The notes beneath the pieces are model-generated. The model worked only from the letters and a program-made list of their open reading frames with translations, had not been told where the DNA came from and did no database searches. This document shows, one piece after another, positions 46,820 to 56,787 of a DNA stretch of 64,000 nucleotides. The position numbers and the translations under genes are program-made. Position 1 is the stretch's first letter, and every line of letters starts with the position of its first letter. This DNA is from Polyangiaceae bacterium (GTDB lineage: Bacteria; Myxococcota_A; Polyangia; Polyangiales; Polyangiaceae): assembly GCA_965222375.1 (NCBI GenBank), contig CBDCTZ010000011.1:416001-480000 (forward strand), written 5' to 3'.

Positions 46820-47476
46820 ATGTGGAACAGGGGAGCCCAGAGCTTCGTGGCTGCAGTCGTGCTCGCCGCCTCTAGCGCCTGCTCGACTCACTACACTCCC
46901 CGCGCCGGCCCCCGCATCAGCATGGTGATGGAGGGAGGATCTCCCGCCTACACCAAGAACGGGAAAGTCTACAAGCACGGATTCGCTGGCGGAGGTCTCG
47001 TTGAAGCAGTCTCCGATGATGCTGAGGCCCTCGAAGCCGCCGAGACGTATCAGTCTCGCACGACCACCGGCTTCCTGCTCGTGCTCGCGGGGACGGTTTG
47101 CTTGACAGCGAGCATCGTACTGGTGGCAACTCGGGACCCCTTTGACGAGCGAGATGCATCCAACGACCGGCTGGCCGTTGGTACGGCACTCTGCGGTTTG
47201 GGTGGGTACATTGGCGGCGCCGCCGTGTTGGCCAGTGGGCAGCCGTACCACTTCGATGCGATCAACATCTACAACGACAAGGTCGACAAGCGACGCTTCC
47301 GCCCGTCTGGTGGTTACGGTGCCCCCCCTCATACGCAACCTGTTCCCTACGCACCGCCGCCAGGTGTGGCGCCCCAACGGCCCGCGCCAGTAGCCCCGCC
47401 GCCCGTTGCGCAGCCACCACCAGCGCCACCCGCATCGTCCCCCGCCCCACCTGAAACTCCTGCGCCCCTTCCGTGA
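46820..47476 (+). CDS. Hypothetical lipoprotein/membrane protein with Pro-rich tail
   Basis: SSAC lipobox-like, two hydrophobic segments, DAINIYND motif. Confidence 0.7.
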   Translation: MWNRGAQSFVAAVVLAASSACSTHYTPRAGPRISMVMEGGSPAYTKNGKVYKHGFAGGGLVEAVSDDAEALEAAETYQSRTTTGFLLVLAGTVCLTASIVLVATRDPFDERDASNDRLAVGTALCGLGGYIGGAAVLASGQPYHFDAINIYNDKVDKRRFRPSGGYGAPPHTQPVPYAPPPGVAPQRPAPVAPPPVAQPPPAPPASSPAPPETPAPLP

Positions 47477-47593
47477 GCCTCGCGGGCTCTGCGGTGCCCA
47501 GCGCTCGCTCCCGGATTCCTGCTGCTTCAGCCAGATCCGCGCGCTGAAATAAACAGGGCGGCTGCATCGAATACTCACGGATCAGGAGGAAAG

Positions 47594-47866
47594 ATGTACG
47601 AGTTACCCGAAGCCCAACCTCTAGACGGTGTCGACCTAGTAGCCATCATTCTGTCGGTATTTGCGCCCGGGTTGGGTCACGTGATCCTCGGGCAAAAGCT
47701 CAAGGGGATTGTGATCCTGGCGCTGGTGGTGGCCTCTTGCGGCGTCGGCTACTTGGTCGCGGCGCTAGTCGCTCTGGACGCTTATTGTCTGGCGCGTGCT
47801 CGCAAGCAGCGCAGTGTCGGCGAGTGGGAGCTTTTTCCCGAGAGTTCCCAGAGCCTCGGGCTGTGA
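47594..47866 (+). CDS. Small membrane protein
   Basis: RBS AGGAGG; ILSVFAPGLGH..LGQ..KG motif; 90 aa. Confidence 0.75.
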   Translation: MYELPEAQPLDGVDLVAIILSVFAPGLGHVILGQKLKGIVILALVVASCGVGYLVAALVALDAYCLARARKQRSVGEWELFPESSQSLGL

Positions 47867-47939
47867 ACCCGATCCCTTAAAGGGCGGCGGGCGTTGTCGA
47901 CGGACGCCGCCTGACGCAACTGGCAACGAGCGATCGCTG

Positions 47940-48287
47940 CTACTTCCGCTTCAGAGTTCGGATATGGCCGACCAGGGAATCAAACTGGGCGTCATCGAGT
48001 TCGGCCGCGAAGGGCGGCATCGCGGGCGGCTTGCCGGCCTGGATGGCCTTGCGCAATTTGCTGTCGTTCCGGCTGGCCTGGAACTCCGGGTCGCGCAGGT
48101 CCCTAGCTCTTGGCCCCATGCCGCTGCGGCGAACTCCGTTGCTCGTCAGGCCGTGACAGCGTGCACACTTCGTCGCGAAAAGAGCTGTGCCTTCGGACTT
48201 CTGCGGGGCCACCCCCTTGCCCTTGCAGCCCGATAGGGCGATGGCTGCCGCCCCAGCTGCGATCTAGCTCCACGCCGCGAGCTTCAC
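47940..48287 (-). pseudogene. Monoheme cytochrome c lipoprotein with an in-frame TAG at codon 8
   Basis: RBS GGAGG, GTG 48287: MKLAAWS*IAAGAAAIALSGC...CARCH...MPPF; TAG at 48266-48264. Confidence 0.75.
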
Positions 48288-48350
48288 GATTCCCTCCGAG
48301 GATAGCTATGCCGGAGGTGACGGTGGATTTCAAGCAGCACAGATCATGGA

Positions 48351-49208
48351 TTGATTGCCAAGCGCAGTGCGAGTACGCAGTGCCGTGTGGGGCGAAAGTC
48401 ATTGGCAGTTGCGACCGTTGGGATTGCAGTCGGGTTCGCCCACACCGCAACGGCACACCCAGTTAGCAACCCCGCCCCGAAAAAGTACTCGGTGTGGCAG
48501 TCGAAGAAACACACCTACTTCGTCTCTAGCGCTAGCGACGTTGGTATCATCTACGTTCGACCTCACTTGACCCTCGGCTGGGGGGCACCCTTTTGGAACT
48601 TCTTTGGCGTTGACGCCTATGGTGTGGTGACCAACAGCTTCGCTGCTGGATACGTCGGCTTCCGAGCCAATCTGCCGTTCCTCGACGTGCAGATCGGTGG
48701 CCGAACGAGCTACCCATACAATCGACGCCTGCTGCCCAAGCAGAACCGCTATGAAGCGAGTGACCTAGACTTGGGCGATGCAGACAAGCGCTCTACCTAC
48801 AACGTCGTAGAAATCGAGATCACGCCGTTGGCGCCACTCTTCGGAGGAGCGGCATTTGCCGAAATCCATCCGATGTGGTTCGACACTTCCACGGACGTCT
48901 TTCTGTACGAGGAGATCATGCGGGCGGTTGTGGTTCCGCCTTTTGCCATGCGCACCCGGCTTGGTTACGTGAAAGGCATCGACCAACCAGGCAAATGGAA
49001 GATCGGTGGAATGGTCGAGTATCTCGTCACCCCGGGTCGCCCAAAGAACACCACCCGGGTTGGACCCATTTTTCTGGGCAGCTTGACGGATAGCCTTCAA
49101 ATCCTGGCGACCGCCACCTTGCCAGTGGACAGCCCCGACCGGCTGGGGATCTACGAAGGTTCCTACGGGTTCATCGGGCTACGTGGGCGATTCGCCCACC
49201 GTTTTTGA
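48351..49208 (+). CDS. Putative outer-membrane beta-barrel protein
   Basis: Signal-like segment ending ATA, aromatic alternating strands, C-terminal FAHRF; start codon uncertain. Confidence 0.65.
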   Translation: MIAKRSASTQCRVGRKSLAVATVGIAVGFAHTATAHPVSNPAPKKYSVWQSKKHTYFVSSASDVGIIYVRPHLTLGWGAPFWNFFGVDAYGVVTNSFAAGYVGFRANLPFLDVQIGGRTSYPYNRRLLPKQNRYEASDLDLGDADKRSTYNVVEIEITPLAPLFGGAAFAEIHPMWFDTSTDVFLYEEIMRAVVVPPFAMRTRLGYVKGIDQPGKWKIGGMVEYLVTPGRPKNTTRVGPIFLGSLTDSLQILATATLPVDSPDRLGIYEGSYGFIGLRGRFAHRF

Positions 49209-49296
49209 GGGCGGCAGCCCACTCAAGCAGGGGGGGCTGCTGCCGCGGCGCCGGGGGCTTTCGCGCTAGGTGGAGAGCATGGGTTAGAATTGCGGC

Positions 49297-50436
49297 ATGG
49301 CCAGCAACACCCGTCGACGCCACTTGATTCAGTACTCCACCCGTCTGCTCGGGCTCGCAGCCGCCTTCGGCACCGCAGGCGCCGCCGGCTGCTCGGGACC
49401 CGCCCCAGACGAGAACACGAGCGCCGCTCAGTCGGCGCTTTCGATGGATCTGGTGATCGCCGAGGTCTACGGTGGTGGCGGGAATAGCGGCGCACCCTAT
49501 ACCAACGACTTCGTAGTGATCTTCAATCGCGGGCTGAGCGCGGCGTCCCTCAACGGACTCTCGATCCAGTACGCGTCGGCCGGCGGCGACTTCTCTTCGT
49601 CCAGCGCGATTGCGCTGCCTAATGTAATGGTGCAGCCAGGCAAGTACTTCCTGCTTCAGATGGGCGGTGGCTCCAACGGCGTCGCGCTGCCCACACCGGA
49701 CGCCACGGCAACGACGAACATGTCGGGTACGAACGGCAAGGTAGCCCTGGTCTCCGTGCCCCTCGACGCTTGTGGCAAGACGGCGAGCCCTTGCCCCACC
49801 ACGAACGTCGTCGACTTCGTGGGATATGGCAACGCTCAGCAGTTCGAAGGCTCCGGCGCGACGGGTACCCTCAGCAATACCAAGAGTGCTCAGCGCAAAG
49901 GCGCTGGCTGCATCGAGACCGACGACAACGCCGCTGACTTCGATACTGCGGCACCAACGCCACGCAATTCGGCAACGGCTGCTGCTAGCTGCACCGGCGT
50001 GGATGCGGGAACTGGGGGCACTGGCGGTGCAGGCACGGGCGGCGCCGGAACCGGCGGCGCGGGGACCGGTGGTGCGGCGACCGGCGGGAGCGCAGGCAGT
50101 GGCGGTGCGGCGACGGGCGGGGCCGCCGGGAGCGGTGGCGCGGCGACCGGGGGTGCTGGTGGCGTGGCCACGGGTGGAACAAGTGGCAGCGCAGGTACCG
50201 GAACCGGGGGAGGCAGCGCAGGCACGGCGACCGGCGGCGCGAGCAGTGGCGGCGCGGGAGGCAATACCGGCGGGTTCGGAAACTTCGGCGGCAACCTGAA
50301 CAACCCCGGGAGCACCAGCAAGAAGGACGACAGCGGCTGCAGCTGCCGCATGCCGCGGAGCAGCAACACGCCAGGTCAGGCCTGGTTGCTCAGCCTGCTC
50401 GGTCTGGGGCTATTGACCTACCGTCGTCGTCGCTGA
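49297..50436 (+). CDS. Lamin-tail-domain surface protein with Gly-rich stalk and MYXO-CTERM tail
   Basis: LVIAEVYGGGGNSGA..TNDFV..FNRG, VDFVGYG, PTPRNS; tail SGCSCR...WLLSLLGLGLLTYRRRR. Confidence 0.88.
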   Translation: MASNTRRRHLIQYSTRLLGLAAAFGTAGAAGCSGPAPDENTSAAQSALSMDLVIAEVYGGGGNSGAPYTNDFVVIFNRGLSAASLNGLSIQYASAGGDFSSSSAIALPNVMVQPGKYFLLQMGGGSNGVALPTPDATATTNMSGTNGKVALVSVPLDACGKTASPCPTTNVVDFVGYGNAQQFEGSGATGTLSNTKSAQRKGAGCIETDDNAADFDTAAPTPRNSATAAASCTGVDAGTGGTGGAGTGGAGTGGAGTGGAATGGSAGSGGAATGGAAGSGGAATGGAGGVATGGTSGSAGTGTGGGSAGTATGGASSGGAGGNTGGFGNFGGNLNNPGSTSKKDDSGCSCRMPRSSNTPGQAWLLSLLGLGLLTYRRRR

Positions 50437-50474
50437 GTCATCCGGCGCGCCGCAGGTCACAGCCGGTGGCGCGC

Positions 50475-51434
50475 TCACGGCTTGGGTGGCGACAGGAAGC
50501 CGACAACGCTCTTCTGCGTTGCGTCGGGCTTCTCGAACCACGGCGAGTGGCCCGTGCCCTGGAGTACGTCGAAGCTGGTAGTAGCATTGTCGAATGCGCC
50601 TTGTATGTGCTTTCCGAGTTCGACCCCGAGCGGATCGCTTTCGCCGAGGATGATGTGGACCCGCCCAGAGAACTGAAGCGCTCCGGAGTAGTCGTATCCC
50701 GGGAAGAAGACGGCTTCGTTCGTGGCATTCGAGGTCGACTGGCTACAGGTCGTCTGCTTTAGGTCCTCTGAGACCCTGTGCGCTGGGTCGTGGAAGTAAG
50801 CGGGGGTCACCGCAAGCACCCCCGGCATGCAGTTGTCACCGACGGGCGGAGGCAACGGGTCCGGGATCTTGCCTTCGGCTTGTAGCTTGGCAGTTTTTGC
50901 CAGCAAACGACCACGCGCCTCGTCATTTGGCGGCTTGGTTGGCGCAAGGGCACCGATCAAGATCAGCCCCGAGACTTTGGTCGGGTGTTTCGAGATGCAC
51001 GCCCAGGCGATCAACCCGCCCCAGGAGTGGGCCAACAGCACTACTGGGTTGGCTCCAGAATCGGCCCGCACGGTCTCCAGGTCCCCCACATAGGCATCCA
51101 TGCTGAAATCAGGGGGCTCCGGCTTGCTCGATGCGCCCGCGCCTCGCTAATCAAAGCTGATGACCGCGCGCTGGGGACCCGCGAGCGCTTCTAGCGGGCG
51201 CATGTAGCGGCTGGACAGAGCTGGCCCTCCGTGAATCAACACCAGAGTGTGGCCGGCATTCTGCGGCCCACGGCGCCGGACGAAGAGTTCGACACCTCCG
51301 GCTCCGAGCTTGTGCTCTTTCACGACCACGCTGCGTCCTTCTAGACTCGCATCGGTGGGCTTGGGTGAGTCCTGGGGCGTGGATTTCGAGCAGGCCGCGA
51401 GAGCGAAAGCCAACAGCACGCTCCCGCGAAGCAT
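50475..51434 (-). pseudogene. Alpha/beta hydrolase lipoprotein (proline iminopeptidase-like) split by an in-frame TAG
   Basis: LAAC lipobox, HGGP, SFD*RGAGAS (family DQRG; TAG at 51149-51147), AHSWGG, GESD, GH; both halves in the same frame. Confidence 0.85.
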
Positions 51435-52723
51435 CAGTCCAGGGTGCCCGCCAAGCGTGCCAGGGTGTGCTGGATGACGTCGGCCCTTACGCCCAGCCGC
51501 TCTGCGGCTACGGCAATCGCTTCGACTTCAGCCTCGTGGAGCTTGCGGTCCGCAAGCGCGATGGTCACGAGGTCTTCGATGATCTTGTGCCGTGACGCGC
51601 GACCCAGTTTCATTTTCAGGTTTCGGCCCAGCTGGCCCATCTTCTCGGCGTGCTCTTCTTCTGACAGCTCGGCCAATGCTTTTCGAGCGCCGGACACGCC
51701 TCGCTTGCCGACGAGCTTGCCAAGCGCTTTCTTTTCACCACGAGCGACGCTGCCGTCTGCCAACGCCACCGCGTAACCGGCGAGGGCGAGGTACTCACGC
51801 ACGACAGGGGTCACGTCCGAATCGTCTCGCAAAAAGCTGGGGTCCATCACCTGCATTACCGCACGAACTTCGCGTCCCAATGCAGCCTTGTCCAGAAGCT
51901 CTCCCCGGCCCCCAAGCAAACGATGAAATTTCGCTTCCTCCGGGTTGCGGCCGCAAAGCTCGTGGTAGCCGACGGATCTCGAAAAAGCGTCCAGGGCTTT
52001 GATTCTGAGTGGGCTGTACGGGTGAGTCGAGAACCAATCGTCCTCGGAGTTCTCCAAGTGTTCGCTCTTCACGTCGGCGTACTGTGTTGCGCACTCCGAT
52101 GCGTGCTGAATGAAGCGGGCCCCGCTGAGCCCACTGGTCAGTTTGAAGAACGCACGCACCGCGGCATCAAAGTCGTCACAGGACAACAACCCCACGCGAT
52201 CCGCGCTCAGCTCCGCGTATCTCATCCAGGCGCACAGCCGCGCGATATGGATCGGCGCCAGCTGGTCATCGTCCAAGAAGGCGTCGGGAGAGAGCTGAAA
52301 GTGGTCGAAGACCGCATGCCCCATCTCGTGGCCGATGACGAAGTGCAGTTCTTCGTTGTCCAACTGTTCCAACGTGGCGCTGGTGATCCCCATCAGCAGC
52401 TTCCCGCGCTCCGGGGGCACGACGAAGGCGTTGATCTCCGAGCCGCTGACGCAATACACCTCGACGGGCGTCTCCAGGCCGAGCACGGTCTGGATGTGCG
52501 ACAGCGCTCCGAAGACTTCCGGTGAGAGCTTTTCCGTCAGCCGAAGCGCGCTCAGAAGCAGGTGGCGTCGCGCATTCAAACTCGGCGATTCAGCTCGGTC
52601 CAGAATCGACTTGAACCGCTTGTCCGCTAGAAGCGCGCGTCGCATTTCGACTTCGCCATCGAAAACCACACGGTCCAAGTCCAAAGTGCAACGGACACCA
52701 CGCTTGAAGTCGCCCAGAACCAT
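51434..52723 (-). CDS. M48-family zinc metalloprotease with TerB-like C-terminal domain
   Basis: INAF, GHEMGH (HExxH), ELSADR, STHP; C-terminal ALADG...E and ALADRKL..AE repeats. Confidence 0.85.
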   Translation of the reverse strand: MVLGDFKRGVRCTLDLDRVVFDGEVEMRRALLADKRFKSILDRAESPSLNARRHLLLSALRLTEKLSPEVFGALSHIQTVLGLETPVEVYCVSGSEINAFVVPPERGKLLMGITSATLEQLDNEELHFVIGHEMGHAVFDHFQLSPDAFLDDDQLAPIHIARLCAWMRYAELSADRVGLLSCDDFDAAVRAFFKLTSGLSGARFIQHASECATQYADVKSEHLENSEDDWFSTHPYSPLRIKALDAFSRSVGYHELCGRNPEEAKFHRLLGGRGELLDKAALGREVRAVMQVMDPSFLRDDSDVTPVVREYLALAGYAVALADGSVARGEKKALGKLVGKRGVSGARKALAELSEEEHAEKMGQLGRNLKMKLGRASRHKIIEDLVTIALADRKLHEAEVEAIAVAAERLGVRADVIQHTLARLAGTLD

Positions 52724-52806
52724 GCCTCAGCGTGGCCCCGGGGACGACTTGTCGTCAATCCGAGAAAGGCGCGGGGACTTTCCCAGGGTGATGTGACGAC
52801 GACGAC

Positions 52807-54375
52807 CTAGTGGCGTTCTAACTCGATAGCGCGGGAACCGTCTTTGGCGCCATGACCGTACCAACGCAGCTCCGACCAATACTCGCTCAGCGGCTGCTTC
52901 AAACTCGCACAGTGGTAGACGGGTAGCCGCTCCTCGAAGGGATGCGCGAAGGTTGCCGTGTTGCGCTCGACGACCTCGGCGCTGACGCACAAATCCCTTA
53001 GCACCTTGTCGCGCACCCCCAGCACGAGCAACTGCTTGGGCTCGACGCCGGGCGGACCCCACAGGTGATAGTTCATGTGTCCCGTGACCGCCGGGGGCAG
53101 GTTTTCGCCAAAGAACCGCAGGGCGGAGGCTTCACCATAGTTCCCGGTCAGGATTGCGACTTGCTTGCGGCTGCTGGGAGTCAGGGAGCGGTACGCCCTG
53201 CTGACGGCTTGGGTCATCTCTTCCCAACCATGCTCGTCTCGCAGGTCGTGGGTCAGGGCGATGGGCGGAACAGCCCAACCTAGCGCCTTGCCCATGACTC
53301 GCTCGGTTGCCCGCAAGTCGAACACGGGCAAGCTCGCACAAATACCGAGCACCACTGCTCCGACCCCCGCCAGGTGAACCCCGATACGGCGGCTGGCCCG
53401 CCCTCGCGCCCAGCCTTCCAAGGCCAGCCCCCCGGCGGCAAAGAGCGGAGGGAACGCGGGCGCCAAGTAGTACGGCTTGCCCCCCATCAGCAGAAGCAGG
53501 CCGCACACCACGAGGAATAGGATAGCGAAGGGCCGCGCCGGATGTGTTTTGAGGCGCAGCGCTGTCCAGAGCCCCCAGAGCCACAGCGGCACGGCGATTG
53601 GATTCATGTAGATCAACTGCCCTCCTAGAAAGAGGGGCTTCGGAATCGCGTCCAACACGCCGCTGCGCATTTCGTTCATGAAGTCGAGAGTCGGACAGCC
53701 GTTTTGTAGCTGCCACGCGATATTCGGGGAGAACACGAGCGCTGCGATTCCGGCGCCGAGCCAGGGCCAGCGCGTCTTCAGTTGGATGCGAAGGGCGGGC
53801 GTTGCGATGGCGGCAACGGCGATGCCAGCGCTCCAGAAGAGCATCGTGTGTTTCGTCAACAGCCCTAGACCGGCGACCAAACCAATGAGCGCCCAGCGTC
53901 GCGCATTGCCGTCACGTGCACTTCGCGACACCAGCAGCGCAGCCAGGGTCCACCACATGGGTTCGAAGACTGGGATGCACAAGATCTTGCTCATGCGCAA
54001 GTACGCGGGCGCCGCCAGTACGCCCGCCCCTGCCACACCGCGAGCCAGCAGTCCGCCACCCCATTCGCGCGCCAGGCGCATGGTCAAGGCAACCGTCACG
54101 GCTCCCGCGAGCACCGAGGGCATCCGAAGCGCAGCGATGTGGTGTTCGAAGAGACCCGCCAGGCGCGCCAACCAAGGCACCAAGGGCGCGTGGTCGACGT
54201 AGCCGAAGGCCAGATACTCACCACATTGAATGAAGTAGAATTCGTCTCGGTGGTAGCCATAGCGCCCGATCAGCACGAGGTGTAGCAACACCTTTGCGCC
54301 GACTAACACTGCGACCAGCGCACGCGCACCTGACTGTGCCGCGGCTCCGGACCCAGTCGGCGCCGTGTCGGTCAT
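52807..54375 (-). CDS. GT-C fold glycosyltransferase (family 39/ArnT-like), multi-pass membrane
   Basis: YGYHRDEFYF, LAFGYVDHAPL, GLGLLTKHT, PNIAWQ, KPYY, NYGEA. Confidence 0.88.
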   Translation of the reverse strand: MTDTAPTGSGAAAQSGARALVAVLVGAKVLLHLVLIGRYGYHRDEFYFIQCGEYLAFGYVDHAPLVPWLARLAGLFEHHIAALRMPSVLAGAVTVALTMRLAREWGGGLLARGVAGAGVLAAPAYLRMSKILCIPVFEPMWWTLAALLVSRSARDGNARRWALIGLVAGLGLLTKHTMLFWSAGIAVAAIATPALRIQLKTRWPWLGAGIAALVFSPNIAWQLQNGCPTLDFMNEMRSGVLDAIPKPLFLGGQLIYMNPIAVPLWLWGLWTALRLKTHPARPFAILFLVVCGLLLLMGGKPYYLAPAFPPLFAAGGLALEGWARGRASRRIGVHLAGVGAVVLGICASLPVFDLRATERVMGKALGWAVPPIALTHDLRDEHGWEEMTQAVSRAYRSLTPSSRKQVAILTGNYGEASALRFFGENLPPAVTGHMNYHLWGPPGVEPKQLLVLGVRDKVLRDLCVSAEVVERNTATFAHPFEERLPVYHCASLKQPLSEYWSELRWYGHGAKDGSRAIELERH

Positions 54376-54384
54376 GCGTGGTGC

Positions 54385-55800
54385 CTAGGTAATGGGCAAT
54401 CTACGGCGCTGCGCGGCGTCGCGAGGGTGATCGTGCTGTTCGCCTTGGTCCAAGGGCTGGGTCGCGTCGCCCGGAGTGCCTCTCCGATCCTCGCTGATGT
54501 CGGTGCGGTGCCTTTGCCGGCCCATGGCGATCTTGGATTTCGCTAGCCGGTTTTGCATGACATTGAGGGGCAAGAACCCGACGCTCTGCACCCAGCTCGA
54601 CCCTCGACGCAAGGTGAAGCGCTTCGCGATACTTGTCGGCGTGTAGAAGTGCTTCCAAGCGCGAACCCAACCTTCGCGCAGTTGCTCGCGGCTCATGCCC
54701 TTGGGGTGGAAATAGGGAGAGCCCGCGTCGTGGTTCTCGCGCAGCCACCAACGTTCGTCCGTCAGTCGGCCTTCGCGTCCCAAACGCTCGTACAGGGGCG
54801 TGCCTGGGTAGGGCGTCAGGATCCCGAAGGAGGCCATGGTCAACTTCATGCGGATGGCCTCTTCAACGGTGCGGTCGAACACGTTGGGGGTGTCGGTGTC
54901 AAAACCGAACACGAAGCTGCCCCAAACGCTGATCCCGTGGTCGTGCAACATCCTGACGACCTCTCGATACTCACCCGGGCGGTTTTGAGGCTTTTCGGTG
55001 TGGCGAACCGTGGCGTCGTCGATGGACTCGAAGCCGATGAATAGCCCCCTGCAGCCGCTCTTGGCCATGAGCGCGACGTTGTCGATGCGGCGCACGGTTG
55101 CGAGGGAGCACTGCCCAATCCAGTGCTTCTTCAATGGCGCCATGCGCCGAAAGAGCTCTGTCGAGTAGCCGCGATGGATCATGACGTTGTCGTCGGCGAA
55201 CATGATCAGCTTGTTGAGCGTCTCCAGTTCCCGAATCACGTTGTCCACGGGGCGGAAGCGAAACGTCTTTCCATTGGCGGTCGAGACGCTACAAAACTCG
55301 CAAGGGTAGGGGCAGCCCCGCATGGTCTGAACGACCGTGAAGGGAATGTACTTCTTGCTACGGAACAGATCCCGGCGGGGGGCAGGCATCTCCGCGAGAT
55401 CTGGCAACTCGGGTCGGTAGAGCTTGCGTAGCTGACCCGCTTGGAAGTCCTTCAGCACCTGTGGCCAGATGACGTCGGCTTCGCCAACGACCACGCTGTC
55501 AGCGTGCTCCAGTCCTTCCTGCGGGCACGCACTTGGATGGATCCCACCTAGGATGACTTTCCTACCTCGCTTTCGATACGCAGCCGCAATCTCGTAGCTA
55601 CGCCTTGCGGTCTTGCTGTCGACACTGATGCCAACGAGGTCGACGTCTTTCACGTCGTGGTCCAGGTCGAAGGGGCGCACGATTTCGTCGGTGTACACGA
55701 CATCGACGTCCCGAGGCGTCCGCGCCATCAGCACTCCGAGCCCCATGCGAGGCAGGTAGGTGGAGTCCTCGCTCGCGGGCGCGATCAGCTCGAGTCGCAT
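54385..55800 (-). CDS. Cobalamin-binding radical SAM protein
   Basis: N-terminal B12 domain (DLVGIS, VILGGIHP, VVGEAD), RGCPYPCEFC (CxxxCxxC), FADDN, IGFES, TPYPGT. Confidence 0.92.
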   Translation of the reverse strand: MRLELIAPASEDSTYLPRMGLGVLMARTPRDVDVVYTDEIVRPFDLDHDVKDVDLVGISVDSKTARRSYEIAAAYRKRGRKVILGGIHPSACPQEGLEHADSVVVGEADVIWPQVLKDFQAGQLRKLYRPELPDLAEMPAPRRDLFRSKKYIPFTVVQTMRGCPYPCEFCSVSTANGKTFRFRPVDNVIRELETLNKLIMFADDNVMIHRGYSTELFRRMAPLKKHWIGQCSLATVRRIDNVALMAKSGCRGLFIGFESIDDATVRHTEKPQNRPGEYREVVRMLHDHGISVWGSFVFGFDTDTPNVFDRTVEEAIRMKLTMASFGILTPYPGTPLYERLGREGRLTDERWWLRENHDAGSPYFHPKGMSREQLREGWVRAWKHFYTPTSIAKRFTLRRGSSWVQSVGFLPLNVMQNRLAKSKIAMGRQRHRTDISEDRRGTPGDATQPLDQGEQHDHPRDAAQRRRLPIT

Positions 55801-55928
55801 GCTGAGCCCAGGGTACCCCGTCCGCCACGGCTCCGGCCCACGAATAGTTCGAACTGCAGGAGTATGCCCCAGCTGTAAGTTCTGGCGGGGCGCCGCGTTT
55901 GCTCCCCATGCCGAACTTGCAATCCAGG

Positions 55929-56780
55929 ATGAAACTGCGTCTTGCGCTGACTCTGGCGGTGGTAGTCGCCGCGGCAACCGCATTGGTCGGCTGCGCGAAG
56001 GACGAGGCCCCCGTGGGCGCAGCACCTGCCGCTGCCGCGTCCCCCCAATCCGAGCCCAGCGACAGCCCGACCAAGCAGCAGGACCGGCAGGTCATCAAGA
56101 GGGCGGAGCTGTCCTTAAGCGTGGCGTCTCCAGCGGAGGCCCAGCGCAGTGCGCTCACCCTCGCGAAGGATCATGGCGGCTACGTCGTCAATTCCGAGCA
56201 ACTCGGTGAGACGGGGAAGGACGGGCCAAAGCGGGTCCGGGTTGTGATGCGCGTTCGCGCGGATCGCTTCGAGGCTGCGCTGAACGCCTTGCGGAAGCTC
56301 GGAAGCCACGTGGGCAGTGAAAGCGTGACGAGCGAAGACGTGACCGAAGAGTTCATGGATCTCGGTGCTCGGCTCCGAACCAAGAAGAAGCTCGAGGAGC
56401 GCTATCTGGCGCTCCTGGACAAAGCGACAACGGTTGAAGACACCTTGAAGGTGGAGAAACACTTGGCCGATGTCCGCGGCGAGATCGAAAAGCTCGAAGG
56501 CCGCCGCAAGTACCTGTCCAACCAGGTTGGCATGGCCACAGTGACGGCGACCTTTACTCGCGAGCGCCCCTTGGTCGCGGTCAGCGGCTCCGCCATCACC
56601 CGAGCGGGCAAGCGGGCCTACGTAGACGCCATCAACGTGAGTGGTGGCATTGTCGTTGGAGGGATCCGAATGGCGGGTTTCCTGATTCCCGTACTGCTCT
56701 TCGTCCTCTGGCCGCTGATCTTGATGGTGCGCTTCGGCGTGAACCGGATTTCCAAGCGACCCGCGCCCACCGGCGCTTGA
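55929..56780 (+). CDS. DUF4349 family lipoprotein
   Basis: LVGC lipobox, RQVIKRAEL, GGYV, SEDVTEEFMDL.ARL, EIEKLEG, C-terminal TM. Confidence 0.88.
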   Translation: MKLRLALTLAVVVAAATALVGCAKDEAPVGAAPAAAASPQSEPSDSPTKQQDRQVIKRAELSLSVASPAEAQRSALTLAKDHGGYVVNSEQLGETGKDGPKRVRVVMRVRADRFEAALNALRKLGSHVGSESVTSEDVTEEFMDLGARLRTKKKLEERYLALLDKATTVEDTLKVEKHLADVRGEIEKLEGRRKYLSNQVGMATVTATFTRERPLVAVSGSAITRAGKRAYVDAINVSGGIVVGGIRMAGFLIPVLLFVLWPLILMVRFGVNRISKRPAPTGA

Positions 56781-56787
56781 GTTTCCT

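Noticed and set aside
47940..51434. Genome-wide TAG reassignment (alternative genetic code)
   Set aside because: glyS, ndk, sucD and yacG all end at TAG at their expected C-termini
54385..55800. B12 radical SAM as the maturase of the HxS peptide
   Set aside because: It is 46 kb away, has no visible SPASM/twitch Cys cluster or RiPP-recognition element, and is coupled to a glycosyltransferase; not strictly excluded but unsupported
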